A stretch of DNA of 63,938 nucleotides, filler included, from Reclinomonas americana ATCC 50394 (GCA_048213135.1; 8 parts of 5 records of this genome joined end to end with filler, not necessarily neighbours in it); one strand, 5' to 3'; shown: positions 52,501 to 63,389, counted from the whole stretch's first letter. Notes: a model not told the origin generated them from the letters alone. Numbers and translations: made by a program.

Positions 52501-52816
52501 ATCAACCGTGGATCCAGTGAGAGGGCAGCTAGGTTCCAAGACAGAAGTGCATTCTCAAGTGGGGTTTTCCGCGATCTTGATATCAATGTACATGGCAAAC
52601 CCCTTCGGAAAAAAACACACAAAGACAAAAACGCAACATTCACTCCGCACTCGTTGCCAGTGGCAGTGCATGTGCCGCCTGCGCAAAATGTTGCACAAGT
52701 GAGTGTGACAGAGAAAGAGAGAGAGACAGTGAGTGAGTCGACTTGCCTTGAGCACGCGCCACACTGGCCACCGCAATGAGGCACACCACAAAGAGAGCAA
52801 TGCTGAGAGTCGACAT
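49517..52816 (-). CDS. Secreted cysteine-rich EGF/laminin-EGF repeat protein
   Basis: Signal peptide MSTLSIALFVVCLIAVASVARAQ, then repeated C.AATTCNGNGTCNASGQC.C.GNFTG..CNQCKPNYYGATC units. No C-terminal TM is seen. Confidence 0.85.
51835..52520 (+). repeat. Degenerate tandem repeat inside an intron of the EGF gene
   Basis: The core AAGGATCAACGGTGGATCCAGGAAGAGAGAAGA recurs near 51877, 52230, 52352 and 52497. GAGGTGAGCTCATGAGGAGAGGAAGAA occurs at 52305 and 52447. Confidence 0.8.
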
Positions 52817-54278
52817 GCGGTCTGTGTGAGAAAGAGAGTGAGTGTGTGAGCGAGTGAGAGACATGTCACACATGACGCACAATGAACTCGGAAAAACAAA
52901 TGACGAGACAAGAGAGAATGAGAGTGAGAAAGAGAGTGAGAGTGTGTGTGCATGAGAGAGAGAGAGCAAGATGCGAGTGTAAAGTGTGAGAGAGCAAGAG
53001 TGTGTGTGTGAGTGAGAGGTGACGCGCACATGTGAGTGTGTGTTTGTTGTGATGAGTGTGCAAGGGAGAAGTAACAAGAACCAGGTGGTTTCTGTTGACG
53101 TGGTTTCTGCGCTCACCGAAAGGCGTTTGAAAAAATGAATGAATGAATCTCGCACAGCCTTGAGCCTTCCCGATTTGGTGTCGGAGAAATGCAATGCAAT
53201 ATTTGTTCGCGCGGGGATATGTTCATCGGCTGCGTGGGTGGGTGCGGTTGCGTCTCGTTGTTGTGGTGGTGGGCATGGAGATCTTGTGACGGTGTACATG
53301 TACACTCTCATTTCACGAACACGCTCCTGTCGATATCGATATCAGAAAAGAGCCGGAATTCGAATGAGGAAGCCGGCAACAACAGCAACAATAACAACTT
53401 TACAAATCCAAACAGCAACACAGGTGCATGATGATCACCATCTTGAGTGAGCACCAGAAGCTCAGACATCACGGGAAAAAGGTGCTTTGCTGGTAATCGA
53501 TCCCTATTTTGACCCGTCAATTTCTCAGTTGACACCCGCATGATCCATCATCCCACAACTGCGGATCACCTCTCTCCGCTCCTGCGCCTATAATCACTCT
53601 CCACTCCCCTACTAATCAAGTGAGAGAGGCCATGGCAAGCGCATCCTTCGATGAACTCAGCTCTCTTGCAAGTGCTTGTCCTCGACTGCAGGTCCGCAGC
53701 ACGAGGCAGCACACCCGTTGATCGGCATTCGCCTGCCGGTTGACACCCCCCGCGGTCTGCGTGCTCATTGCGAGCACGTAGTCAGCAACCCCGCGTTGAC
53801 CAGCTTGCTGGTTGACCATTACGACGGTCTTGCGTGCTCCTCGTGAGCACGTGAGACTTGTACCTGCGCTGCTGCACTCCTCTCTCTTTTGTTTTTTGCC
53901 CCCTCTCAAATCGTTACAAAAATCGGCAACAACTTACATGTACTACTACTGAGGCAAACAAAAACACAAAATGAACCTTTCCTCCTCCGGATTCNNNNNN
54001 NNNNNNNNNNNNNNNNNNNNNNNNNNNNNNNNNNNNNNNNNNNNNNNNNNNNNNNNNNNNNNNNNNNNNNNNNNNNNNNNNNNNNNNNNNNNNNNNNNNN
54101 NNNNNNNNNNNNNNNNNNNNNNNNNNNNNNNNNNNNNNNNNNNNNNNNNNNNNNNNNNNNNNNNNNNNNNNNNNNNNNNNNNNNNNNNNNNNNNNNNNNN
54201 NNNNNNNNNNNNNNNNNNNNNNNNNNNNNNNNNNNNNNNNNNNNNNNNNNNNNNNNNNNNNNNNNNNNNNNNNNNNNN

Positions 54279-55383
54279 CGAAAAGAGATGGCCAAGAACG
54301 CTGAGAGAAGGGACAAAGAGGGCAAGTGTGCAAAAGGCGACCGACTCGGCAGAGAACGTTGTCCTCTTGTTCTCAACTCTCTCTCTCTCTCTCTCTCTCC
54401 CTTCCCCTTTTCCTCCTGTCCCCTTCCCCTTCCCCTTCTTCCCCTTCTTCCCCTTCCCCTTCCCCTTCCCCTTCCCCTTCCCCTTTTTGTCCTCACCCCT
54501 CCCTCCCTTCCCCTTCATCACAGCACCTCAGCCAGGAGCGCACCGACACCTACGCCCCCGGCATTGGCCTCGACAAGTGCGTGCAGACGTGGTGCGAGGG
54601 CGAGTACATGTACCGCGTGCTGCTGCACCACGGCACCACACTGCCGCCGGACGCCCTGCGCATGATTCGCTACCACGGCATGCGGGCGTTCTTCGAGGCC
54701 GGCGCCTACGACGCGTCGGTCGCCAGCGAAGACGATCGCATGTACCTGGCACCTCTGCTGCGCCGTCTGCAGCAGTACACGGACGAGGCGTCGCGCATGG
54801 AGCCGCTGACTGGCGTGCGAAAGTCGCGTGCGCGGGCGCACTACTGCAATTTGGTCGACAAGTACTTGGGTGATGCACTGCTGTTGTTCTGATCCNNNNN
54901 NNNNNNNNNNNNNNNNNNNNNNNNNNNNNNNNNNNNNNNNNNNNNNNNNNNNNNNNNNNNNNNNNNNNNNNNNNNNNNNNNNNNNNNNNNNNNNNNNNNN
55001 NNNNNNNNNNNNNNNNNNNNNNNNNNNNNNNNNNNNNNNNNNNNNNNNNNNNNNNNNNNNNNNNNNNNNNNNNNNNNNNNNNNNNNNNNNNNNNNNNNNN
55101 NNNNNNNNNNNNNNNNNNNNNNNNNNNNNNNNNNNNNNNNNNNNNNNNNNNNNNNNNNNNNNNNNNNNNNNNNNNNNNNNNNNTTGGTGAGGACAAATGG
55201 GAAGGGGGAAGGGAGGGAGGGAAGAAAAAGAGAGAGAGAAAGAGAATGATTGAGAATAAGAGAAAAAACAAGTGCAGTTGCATGTTCTTCATTCTTGCTA
55301 CGTTTCTGCCGTCGACTTTGGTCGCCTTTTGCACGCTTGCCCTCTTTTTCCCTTCTCTCAGCGTTCTTGGCCATCTCTTTTCG
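54279..55383. repeat. 64-bp inverted repeat (54279-54342 / 55320-55383) flanking the MIOX-like 3' exon
   Basis: CGAAAAGAGATGGCCAAGAACGCTGAGAGAAGGGACAAAGAGGGCAAGTGTGCAAAAGGCGACC differs from the reverse complement of 55320-55383 at 2 positions. Confidence 0.9.
54524..54892 (+). CDS. MIOX: myo-inositol oxygenase (MIOX)-like protein, C-terminal exon
   Basis: YAPGIGLDKCVQTWCEGEYMYRVL...TLPPDALRMIRYHG...GAY...HYCNLVDKYL resembles MIOX YxPGCGLD.V..SWGHDEYMY.V...TLP.EAL.MIRYHS...GAY...YY..LIDKY. A phase-0 CAG acceptor lies at 54523. Confidence 0.8.
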   Translation, partial: HLSQERTDTYAPGIGLDKCVQTWCEGEYMYRVLLHHGTTLPPDALRMIRYHGMRAFFEAGAYDASVASEDDRMYLAPLLRRLQQYTDEASRMEPLTGVRKSRARAHYCNLVDKYLGDALLLF

Positions 55384-55939
55384 TCTCCGCAACAAATGCA
55401 CCATTCTCTGTGTTCCTCTCCTGGTCACTGTCTGCTTGTCTCCATGCTATCCATGCTCTGCATATCCCATGCGTCGTCCACTATCACTGTCAGTTGTATG
55501 ATGCCTCTCTATTCGTGGCCCTCCACCTTCCCTCCGTTTCCTCAGTTCACCATGTTTCTCATCCTCTCGCTTCCTCCACTTCACTCTCTGCTGCTTTTGT
55601 GCCCCTATTCGCAGCCTCTACTCGCCTCAACTGCAGTCTAAGCTTCGTATCCACTCTGACACATCGCTGACAATCCTTTTGTCACTCAACACTTCCTTTC
55701 AACTCTAACCCTCGCCACTTCGCTCACTGTCTCTTGTCCTCTTCGGCGCTTCTCATTGCAGCGCTTCCCTATTGATCTTCTGCATCTCATTCTCAGCTGG
55801 CTTCCCTCGCTTTGAACGCCTCTTAACTCTCATTCTCCAGTCCTTTACCGCCCCTTCTCGTCACTTCCTTTAAAACTTCTGCCTATATCTCTCTCGACGT
55901 TCCCTTTCCCTACTCCCTCCCCCTCCCTTTCCCACTCAC

Positions 55940-56452
55940 ATTAAACTCCGCAAACGGCAAGCACTCCGGCAACGGCGCCCCCAGCACATACGTCTCCAAC
56001 CCGACCACGCCGTCCTGCATCATGCCCACGCGTCCCAGACGACTCAACAGCGCCGCCATCTGAAACCACTCCGCCTCGCCCTTGCCGCGCGCCACCTCCG
56101 CCACCAAGTACCCCTCCGGCTCGTCCTCCAGTGCGTCCCACACCATCAACGGCCGCGCAAACACCGCCTGCTTCTCGCGACACTCGCGCACATGCGCAAT
56201 CGTCTGTGTGGCGCGTTGCGCGTGGTAGGCGGCCTCGCGCGGGTCCTCGTCGCCAGCGACACTGATGAACTCGTCGCTCTCAGTGTCCATGCGCATCACT
56301 GGCGAGTGATCGGCACTGGCGGGTGCTGTTGGTGCGGGCGACATGGGCGAGAGACAACTCACACCAATTGTGTTGGTCGTGTTCGTCGTGTTCGTCGTGC
56401 TCACGTGCGTGAGAGCATGCTGTTTTGTGTGGGATGCAAGCTGCTCCTCCAT
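55940..56452 (-). CDS. MIOX: MIOX-like protein, N-terminal exon
   Basis: AYHAQRATQTIAHVR...MVWDAL...VAEVAR...EWFQMAALLSRLGRV...ETYVLGA resembles MIOX FY...H..QT..FV...M..W.A...TAE.IR...DW..L.GLLHDLGKV...DTFPVGC. A phase-0 GTGAGT donor lies at 55939. Confidence 0.72.
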
Positions 56453-57836
56453 GCTCGGTGGTGTCGGCGGAAAGCGGTTATAACGAGCATGAGACGCGAC
56501 GCGCGTGGCAGGTGTGAAAAGGAGGTGCGGGACAATGGTGGACAGATGACGTGGTAAGAAGGGGAAGGAAGGGGAAAGGGGGCGAAGGGGAAGGAGGAGA
56601 AGCACAACGCGGTCGCCAGTCGAGCTGTTTTGTACGATGAGAGACCCGATCGCGATATCGAAGTTTTGTCAATTTCGATATCGATATCTCGACAACTCGC
56701 GATCGAACAGCAGCTTGCCGAATGCAGACGGCACCTCGGCTGCATGATGCTCACTTTCTAAAGCGGATAGACTCACTTCGAAGAAAAATCGGAACATAAA
56801 CAAATGAAAACGCTTCGTGATCAATATCGGCAAGGGATTTGCGGGCGTTTGTCGCATTATGTTATGTGGTGAATCAAGAGTTTTGTTTTTTTTTCGTGAC
56901 AAATGTGCACAATTTGAAGGCAAGCCAAGGCCACGAAGAAGGGCAAGAGTGGGTCCAGGGCGAGGCGAGTGTGAACTGAATTCCACACCTGCCCTGCCGT
57001 GGTTTCCCTTGCAGAAACGGCAGTCGTAAATTGTTTCAGTGGTGTATCAGTGCCTGCCGTGCTGCTGCTGCATTGATTTGTGGAGTTGGTGCTGTTTGCT
57101 GAGTGCATTCGTGGGGAAGCTGTTGGCAAGCACACGGGATTTCCAAAATCACTGAAAATAACTATCTCGCGTACAGGTTTCAACTTCACTATGAAAACAT
57201 TATATGAGCAGCGCCATATCACAGCCTCCACGCTTTTCACTTTCTTTCCATTCCTCGAGCTCTTGTTGACTATTTTGTCCATTGCAATCATCGCAATATC
57301 GGAATTGATATCGATCGTGAATTCAAAAGCACTTGCAAATGCAGGCAGGAATTATATGTGCTGCGTGAGAGAACGGCCACACTTGTGCGTTTTGACTCGC
57401 TACGCCGCAAGATAAAGGGTTGCATGAACGAAATTTCGACTTGTCCGTTGTGAGATCGGAGAAATTGGACGACGCGTGTTTGCGAGAAAGAGTGATCGAG
57501 AATGAGCGCAGGGCATCGTCCGTCGCGCAAGGTGTGTGACTTGAGCAGCAGAGAGCGACAAGTGAGAGACAGGGTGAGAGAGACTGAGAAAGGGAAGTGA
57601 TCTTTCGAGATTGTTCTTTCACGCGCACGCTCTCTCTCTCGCGCGTGTGATTGTGCGCGAATAAGAGAGTGGGTGACATAGAGGGAGGGAGTGAGAGCAT
57701 CAGTGGTGTGAGAAGAGATCTCACGGTCGCGAACAGTGAGTGAGTGCGCGAGTGACGGAGAACGAAGAAAGAGAGACAGATAGAGCAAGAAAGAAGAAGA
57801 GTGAGTGGTGTGAGTGTGAGAAAGAGAGCAAGAGAG

Positions 57837-57879
<43 letters not shown>

Positions 57880-58154
57880 ACGGAACAAAGCACTCATTCC
57901 CCGGTCGGTTTTCGCCTCTTTTCTCACGCGGTCTCCTTGATTTCCTCGGCCCTCTGTGTCAGAGCCTTGTCCTTCCCCTTGCTGTCGCTCTTGTCTGTTA
58001 CCAAAGCCCACTCACGCTCACATCGTGAGTCCACTCTCCTTGTTCTCTCCCTTCNNNNNNNNNNNNNNNNNNNNNNNNNNNNNNNNNNNNNNNNNNNNTT
58101 AATTAATTAANNNNNNNNNNNNNNNNNNNNNNNNNNNNNNNNNNNNNNNNNNNN

Positions 58155-58773
58155 GCAGCACGTTGTGAGTAGCAGTAATGATAGTACGGTGCGCGTCTGG
58201 TCGCTCGCGAGTGGAGAACAGGTGCGGCAATTGGAGGAGCACACCAAGTGGGCATGGTTCGTCGCCGTCACTCCCGATGGCCAGCATGTGGTGAGCGGGA
58301 GTGCAGACAACACGGTGCACGTGTGGTCCCTGCCAGGTGGCGAGGGAACGCGGCGATTTGAAGGGCACACCGACGACGTGTTGTCTGTGGTTGTCACTCC
58401 CGATGGGCAGCATGTGGTAAGTGGTGGCTATGACGGTTCGGTGCGTGTGTGGTCGCTGGCCAGTGCCGAAGAAGTGAAGCGGTTGGAGAGTGATGCGGGC
58501 AGTGTGCGCTCTGTCGCCGTGAGTCCCGATGGACAACACATCGTGGGTGGTGCGTTTGGTGCGGTTGTGCGAGTGTGGTCCACCCCACTCGGTCTCGCGC
58601 AGTGGGAGGTGGAAGCCGCTCGCTCGGCCATGCTCGTCGTGCAGGAGATGCAAGAGGGAGAGGAGAGGGAGGAGGGAGAGGAGGTTGATCCCCGTTGCTT
58701 GCCAGAGATTGTGCTCCGGTGCTTCATTGTTGAAGATGCAGAGGCGACTCGATTCCGTTGCTTGCAATTGTGA
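58155..58773 (+). CDS. Intronless WD40-repeat protein, tandem copy 1 (5' truncated)
   Basis: 42-aa repeats GHT..V.SVAVTPDGQHVVSGS.D.TVRVWSLASGEEVRRLE, followed by a conserved C-terminal tail. Confidence 0.9.
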
Positions 58774-58953
58774 TTCTGGAGTCGATTGTCTTTCACCGTC
58801 ATCGTTCTCGTTCTTTTCTTGTCCTCGTCCATATGTGTGCAATGAAGAGTCTCGTTCCATGTTGATGTCTCAGCATGACGCATTGCAAGTCCTGCTCCTT
58901 GTCGTCCTTCAAGCAAACACAAATTCCCTTCTCCTATCCCCTGCGCGCCAACC

Positions 58954-60025
58954 ATGCCACTTGCCACCTCTGCTCTCCACTGCAAGAAGATGCGTGGATA
59001 CACCGAAGGAGTGTGGTCCGTCGCCATCACTCCCGATGGCCGCCATGTGGTGAGCGGGAGTGAAGATCACACAGTGCGCGTGTGGTCGCTGGCAAGTGGC
59101 GAGCAAGTACGCCAGATGGAGGGCCACACTGACTGGGTGCTCTCTGTCGCCATTACCTCTGATGGACGGCACGTTGTGAGTGCGAGTGACGATAAGACAC
59201 TGGAGAGTGGGGAGGAGGTGCGACGCTTGGAGGGGCACACTGACATGGTGCGGTCCGTTGCCGTCACTCCCGATGGCCAGTTTATGTGAGCGGTGGCGAC
59301 GACAAACTGTGCGTGTGTGGTCACTGGAGAGTGGCAGGGAGATGCCACGACTGGTGGGGCACACTGCATCTGTGGTGTCTGTGGTTGTCACTCCCGACGG
59401 ACAGCATGTGGTGAGTGGGAGCAAGGACAGCACTGTGAGAGTGTGGTCCCTGGCGAGTGGCGATGAGGTGCACTGGTTGAAGGGCCACACTGATTGGGTG
59501 CGGTCCGTTACCGTGACTTGCGACGGGCAGCATGTGGTCAGTGGCAGTGGAGACCACACGGTGCGACTGTGGTCCCTGGCGAGTGGGCAAGAGGTGCGAC
59601 GATGTGTTGGGCACACCGCCAGCGTGTTGTCTGTGGCTGCAACTCCCGATGGTGCACACTTCGTCAGCGGCAGCTCTGACCATACGGTGCGCGTCTGGTC
59701 CCTGGCCAGCGGCGAGGAAGTGCGACGGCTGGAGAAGCACACTCGTGGGGTGATGTGTGTTGCCGTGAGTCCCGACGGGCAACACGTCGTCAGTGGGAGT
59801 CTGGACAACACAGTGCGCGTGTGGTCCACGCCGCTCGGTCTCGCCCGATGGGAGGTGGAGGCCGCACGCACCGCCATGCTAGCCGTGCAGGAGATGCAGG
59901 AGGAGGAGGAGGAGGAGGAGGAGGAGGAGGAGGGAGTGGCGGTCGATCGCCGCTGCCTGGTGGAGATGGTGCTGCGGTGCTTCATCGTCGAGGATGCGGA
60001 GGCAACTCGCTTCCGTTGCTCGTGA
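58954..60025 (+). pseudogene. Intronless 7-blade WD40 protein, tandem copy 2, with a 1-nt frameshift near 59285 and a 15-nt deletion in repeat 2
   Basis: GGCCAG TTTATG TGA GCGGTG restores to ...VSGGDDKTVRVW with one added base. Repeat 2 lacks VRVWS. Confidence 0.7.
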
Positions 60026-60196
60026 GCTGCGTGTGATTTCGAAGTGCTTATCGTCGTTGTCGTTCTTTTTCTTTTCCGTATACGTATCAAATGAAGAGCC
60101 TTTCTGTGCCTCAGAGCCCCCTCTTGTACGTAGTTCACAGCCATCGACTTCTTGTCCCATTCCTTGTCCCACGCATTCACCCTCTCCCTTGCGCGC

Positions 60197-60693
60197 ATGT
60201 CACTCGCCACCTCCCCTCTCCTCAACAAGGCACTGCGTGGATACACTGAGGGAGTATGGTCAGTCGCCATCACTCCCAACGGTCTTCACGCTGTGAGCGG
60301 GGGGCGGGACTGCAAAATACGCGTGTGGTCATTGACGAGTGGCGAGGAGGTGCGACTGCTGGAGGGACACACTGAGTTGGTGGCATGTGTCGCCGTCACT
60401 CCCGATGGCAGGTACGTGGTGAGTGGGAGTGATGACCACACATTGCGTGTGTGGTCACTGGCGAGTGGAGAGGAAGTGCGACGACTGGAGGGGCACACTG
60501 AGAGGGTGTGGTCTGTCGCCGTCACTCCTGATTGTGAGCACATTGTGAGCGGTGGCGACGACAAGACTGTGTGCGTGTGGTCCCTGGCGAGTGGAGCAGA
60601 AGTGCGACGGATGGAGGGACATCTCAAATCCGTGATATCTGTCGTCGTCACTCACGATGGTCTGCATGTGGTGACTGGGAGCCATGACGGCAC
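60197..60693 (+). CDS. Intronless WD40-repeat protein, tandem copy 3 (3' truncated)
   Basis: MSLATSPLLNKALRGYTEGVWSVAITP... is homologous to the start of copy 2 (MPLATSALHCKKMRGYTEGVWSVAITP). Confidence 0.88.
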
Positions 60694-60793
60694 NNNNNNN
60701 NNNNNNNNNNNNNNNNNNNNNNNNNNNNNNNNNNNNNTTAATTAATTAANNNNNNNNNNNNNNNNNNNNNNNNNNNNNNNNNNNNNNNNNNNN

Positions 60794-61099
60794 GACAATA
60801 CGGTGTGGACTGTGGCACTGACGAGCAACGTGTCGGATGGCCAGGGCGGCTTTGTGACGTTCTCGGTGTCGTTCAACTCGACCAAGTATGCGGGCACCAC
60901 CAGCATCAACAACGGCACCGGCTTGCGCTTCCCGATCCCCAACTCGGCGTTCAGCAACGGCCCGCTGCCGAGTCCGCTGAAGGCGTCGCTGACCAGCTTC
61001 ACCGCCAACTACACTCTGTACGGCGTCGCCGGTCCGGCTTCGGCGTCGTTCAGCACGGCGGGTGCCGACACTGGCGCCGCCGAGCAGGCGCAGGAGTGA
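60794..61099 (+). CDS. C-terminal fragment of a Ser/Thr/Asn-rich beta-strand (probably extracellular) protein
   Basis: DNTVWTVALTSNVSDGQGGFVTFSVSFNSTKY...AEQAQE* has strong GC3 bias and several N-glycosylation sequons. Confidence 0.55.
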   Translation, partial: DNTVWTVALTSNVSDGQGGFVTFSVSFNSTKYAGTTSINNGTGLRFPIPNSAFSNGPLPSPLKASLTSFTANYTLYGVAGPASASFSTAGADTGAAEQAQE

Positions 61100-62442
61100 G
61101 CGCTGCGCAGCTGCGCCAGGGCGCATGCGCACCAGTTGGACGAAGACTGCGTCCACGCTGATCAGATCGAAGCGCATCGCTGTGGCACTGCGCGCCGGCG
61201 GCCTTGCCTGCGTTAGCACATGCTTGTGGTCGCGCACATGTGACCATTGAAGCCTTGAAGTGAACACGTGAATCAGTTTACATTTTTCCAAGAAGAACAT
61301 TCTGTGCACTGCCAATGAGCAGGGCAGTCTGCTGCTGGTGATCAAATGCGGTGGTGCCAACAATGTGCCTCACTCAGGCCAAAGAAATGAAGAAGTGGAG
61401 AATGAAATCGTCGCGCACCCAGGCTGCCTGTTACTGCATCGGCTGCACTCTCTCTGACGATCAACCATCAAGAACGCCATTGCATGCTGTGTTGATGAAC
61501 GATGTTGCATGATGAGCAATGCAAACACGAACAACAGCGCTGCGATATCGGACGACAACGCAGGAAACACATAGAGGATGATGCCTCTCCTGGAGAGACG
61601 AAACACTCGCCGACCACCGAAAAAGAAGGGGACAAAGCGCGTCTCGCAAGGGTGCAGCAGCTGGCGGGCGACAGCCCTGGTACCGTGATGTGCCACTGTT
61701 GATGATATCGAAGATACTGTTTGCCGAATCTGCAATGCAGGCACTTTGTTTTTCCTGCACTTGCATGCCTGCTGTATGCAGTAGCAGTGCACCGGCGACA
61801 TAGCGAGATGAGAATGAGCTGAAGACACTGTTGCAAGCACGTCACGCACACAGTGACACTTTGATGACTTGTGTGTTCGCCGCGAGTGATCACTCTCTGA
61901 CTGTTTCGCACTCAAATCGTACATACGGGAAGTGTAGTGTGGCACCTGCGGTGCACACCTGCTGACAACCTACTACATGGCAGGCGAGCTCGAGGCACAG
62001 TGCCTCCACATGCTCAGTGCGTGATGACAAGGGACCTGTGTCCGGATCCGATGTGGTTCGTGATGATGATCAATGAATATGCAGCACGCACATTTGTTGT
62101 CATCACAACAGCAGCTGCAGGAAGAGGGACCACGCAACACTGCACCACCCTTGACCAGTGCCAATAGCCACCGTCGAACACACCGATGGCGACAACGTGC
62201 GCGGTGCAGGCCCGCTTTGTGCAACCAACACATTTGCTGNNNNNNNNNNNNNNNNNNNNNNNNNNNNNNNNNNNNNNNNNNNNTTAATTAATTAANNNNN
62301 NNNNNNNNNNNNNNNNNNNNNNNNNNNNNNNNNNNNNNNTCTCTCTCTCTCTCTCTCTCTCTTCTTCTTTCTTCTCCTTCGTTCCGTACGTCGTCCGTCG
62401 TACTCTTTCGTTCTTCGTAGTCCGTCCTCCTTCGTCACCCTC

Positions 62443-62486
<44 letters not shown>

Positions 62487-62557
62487 CTTCCCCCTCTCTC
62501 CCCTCACACTCTTGCTTTTCCCGCCCTCCCCACCCTCTCCCCCCCCTATTCACTCAC

Positions 62558-62716
62558 CGAGAGCGCGGCTCGCGAGCGCGGGAACGACGGCAGCTCGGCG
62601 TTGAGAATGTTGATGACTTCGCGGTACTTGCGATCGCGAATCAGCGTGTAAATCGTCGACGTGTAGGAGCCTTCAGGGATGCCTTGACCCGCGAAACCCC
62701 TCAAGTTCGCGTACAT
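62558..62716 (-). CDS. TTC30: Intraflagellar transport protein IFT70/TTC30, first exon
   Basis: MYANLRGFAGQGIPEGSYTSTIYTLIRDRKYREVINILNAELPSFPRSRAALS matches the TTC30 N-terminus IPDGEFT..VY.LIR...Y.EA...L..EL...PRSRAGLS. A GTGAGT donor follows. Confidence 0.88.
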
Positions 62717-63389
62717 CTTTGAGTCACAGACACAAACACACAAACACGAGCGCAGAGAGAGAGAGATGCAAAGAAAGAGAGAAAGAGAGAGAGAGAGGGA
62801 GTTGAGGGCGCGCAAGACCACTCGCTTTCAACCGTCAGTGGGACAGACTCGCGTGTCCGCCCCGCGCGCATCTGTCCGCATGTGCTGCAGAGGGTTATGT
62901 GTGCGTGCATAGAGTTGCGCGGAGGTGTGCGCGTGGCGATACGTGTGGAGAGTCGCAGATGCCGGCGTCAAACGGTCGGAATCCGTTATCGACGAGAGAT
63001 TGTCCTCCTCATCGCACTGGTCTGTGTGACATGAATCGAGGCCGGCACAGGCGAGGAAGCAGAGCCACATATCCAGTACATATAAGTGCATATTTGTGTG
63101 GCCACAGCTGCATCCGCAATACGTGACTGACAAATGCCGACGTCACGCTCAATGCCACAGCTGCGTGAAAAATAAAGGCAACATGCAAGACTGCGGGGGG
63201 CATCATCCCGCACTCGCTCCACACGTCTGCTGACTTCAGGCTCTTCCTCGTTGTTATATTATTGCACAGGACATCCGCGACGTTCCTGTTCTTTTGTGTC
63301 CAGTGAGAGTGGATTTGCGGCGACAACAATGCAGCTGGGGCCGACAGCCATTGCGCTGTCGTGCTTTTACCTGGTACGTGTGTGTGTGA

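Noticed and set aside
53616-53909. 97-aa minus-strand ORF
   Set aside because: It has no recognisable motif, clear splice signals or codon bias.
56857-57415. ORFs in the AT-richer region upstream of the MIOX-like gene
   Set aside because: The composition is unlike coding exons here and no homology was recognised. It is probably intergenic.
59287-59289. In-frame TGA suggesting stop-codon reassignment or selenocysteine
   Set aside because: It is explained by a 1-nt deletion, because the repeat continues in another frame. TAA, TAG and TGA all terminate well-identified genes in this window.
58155-60693. CRISPR-like regularly spaced repeats
   Set aside because: The 126-bp periodicity is protein-coding WD40 repetition with no unique spacers, and no cas genes are present.
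61370-62239. Short ORFs that might be a decayed gene or transposon
   Set aside because: There are multiple stops and no transposase or reverse transcriptase motifs.
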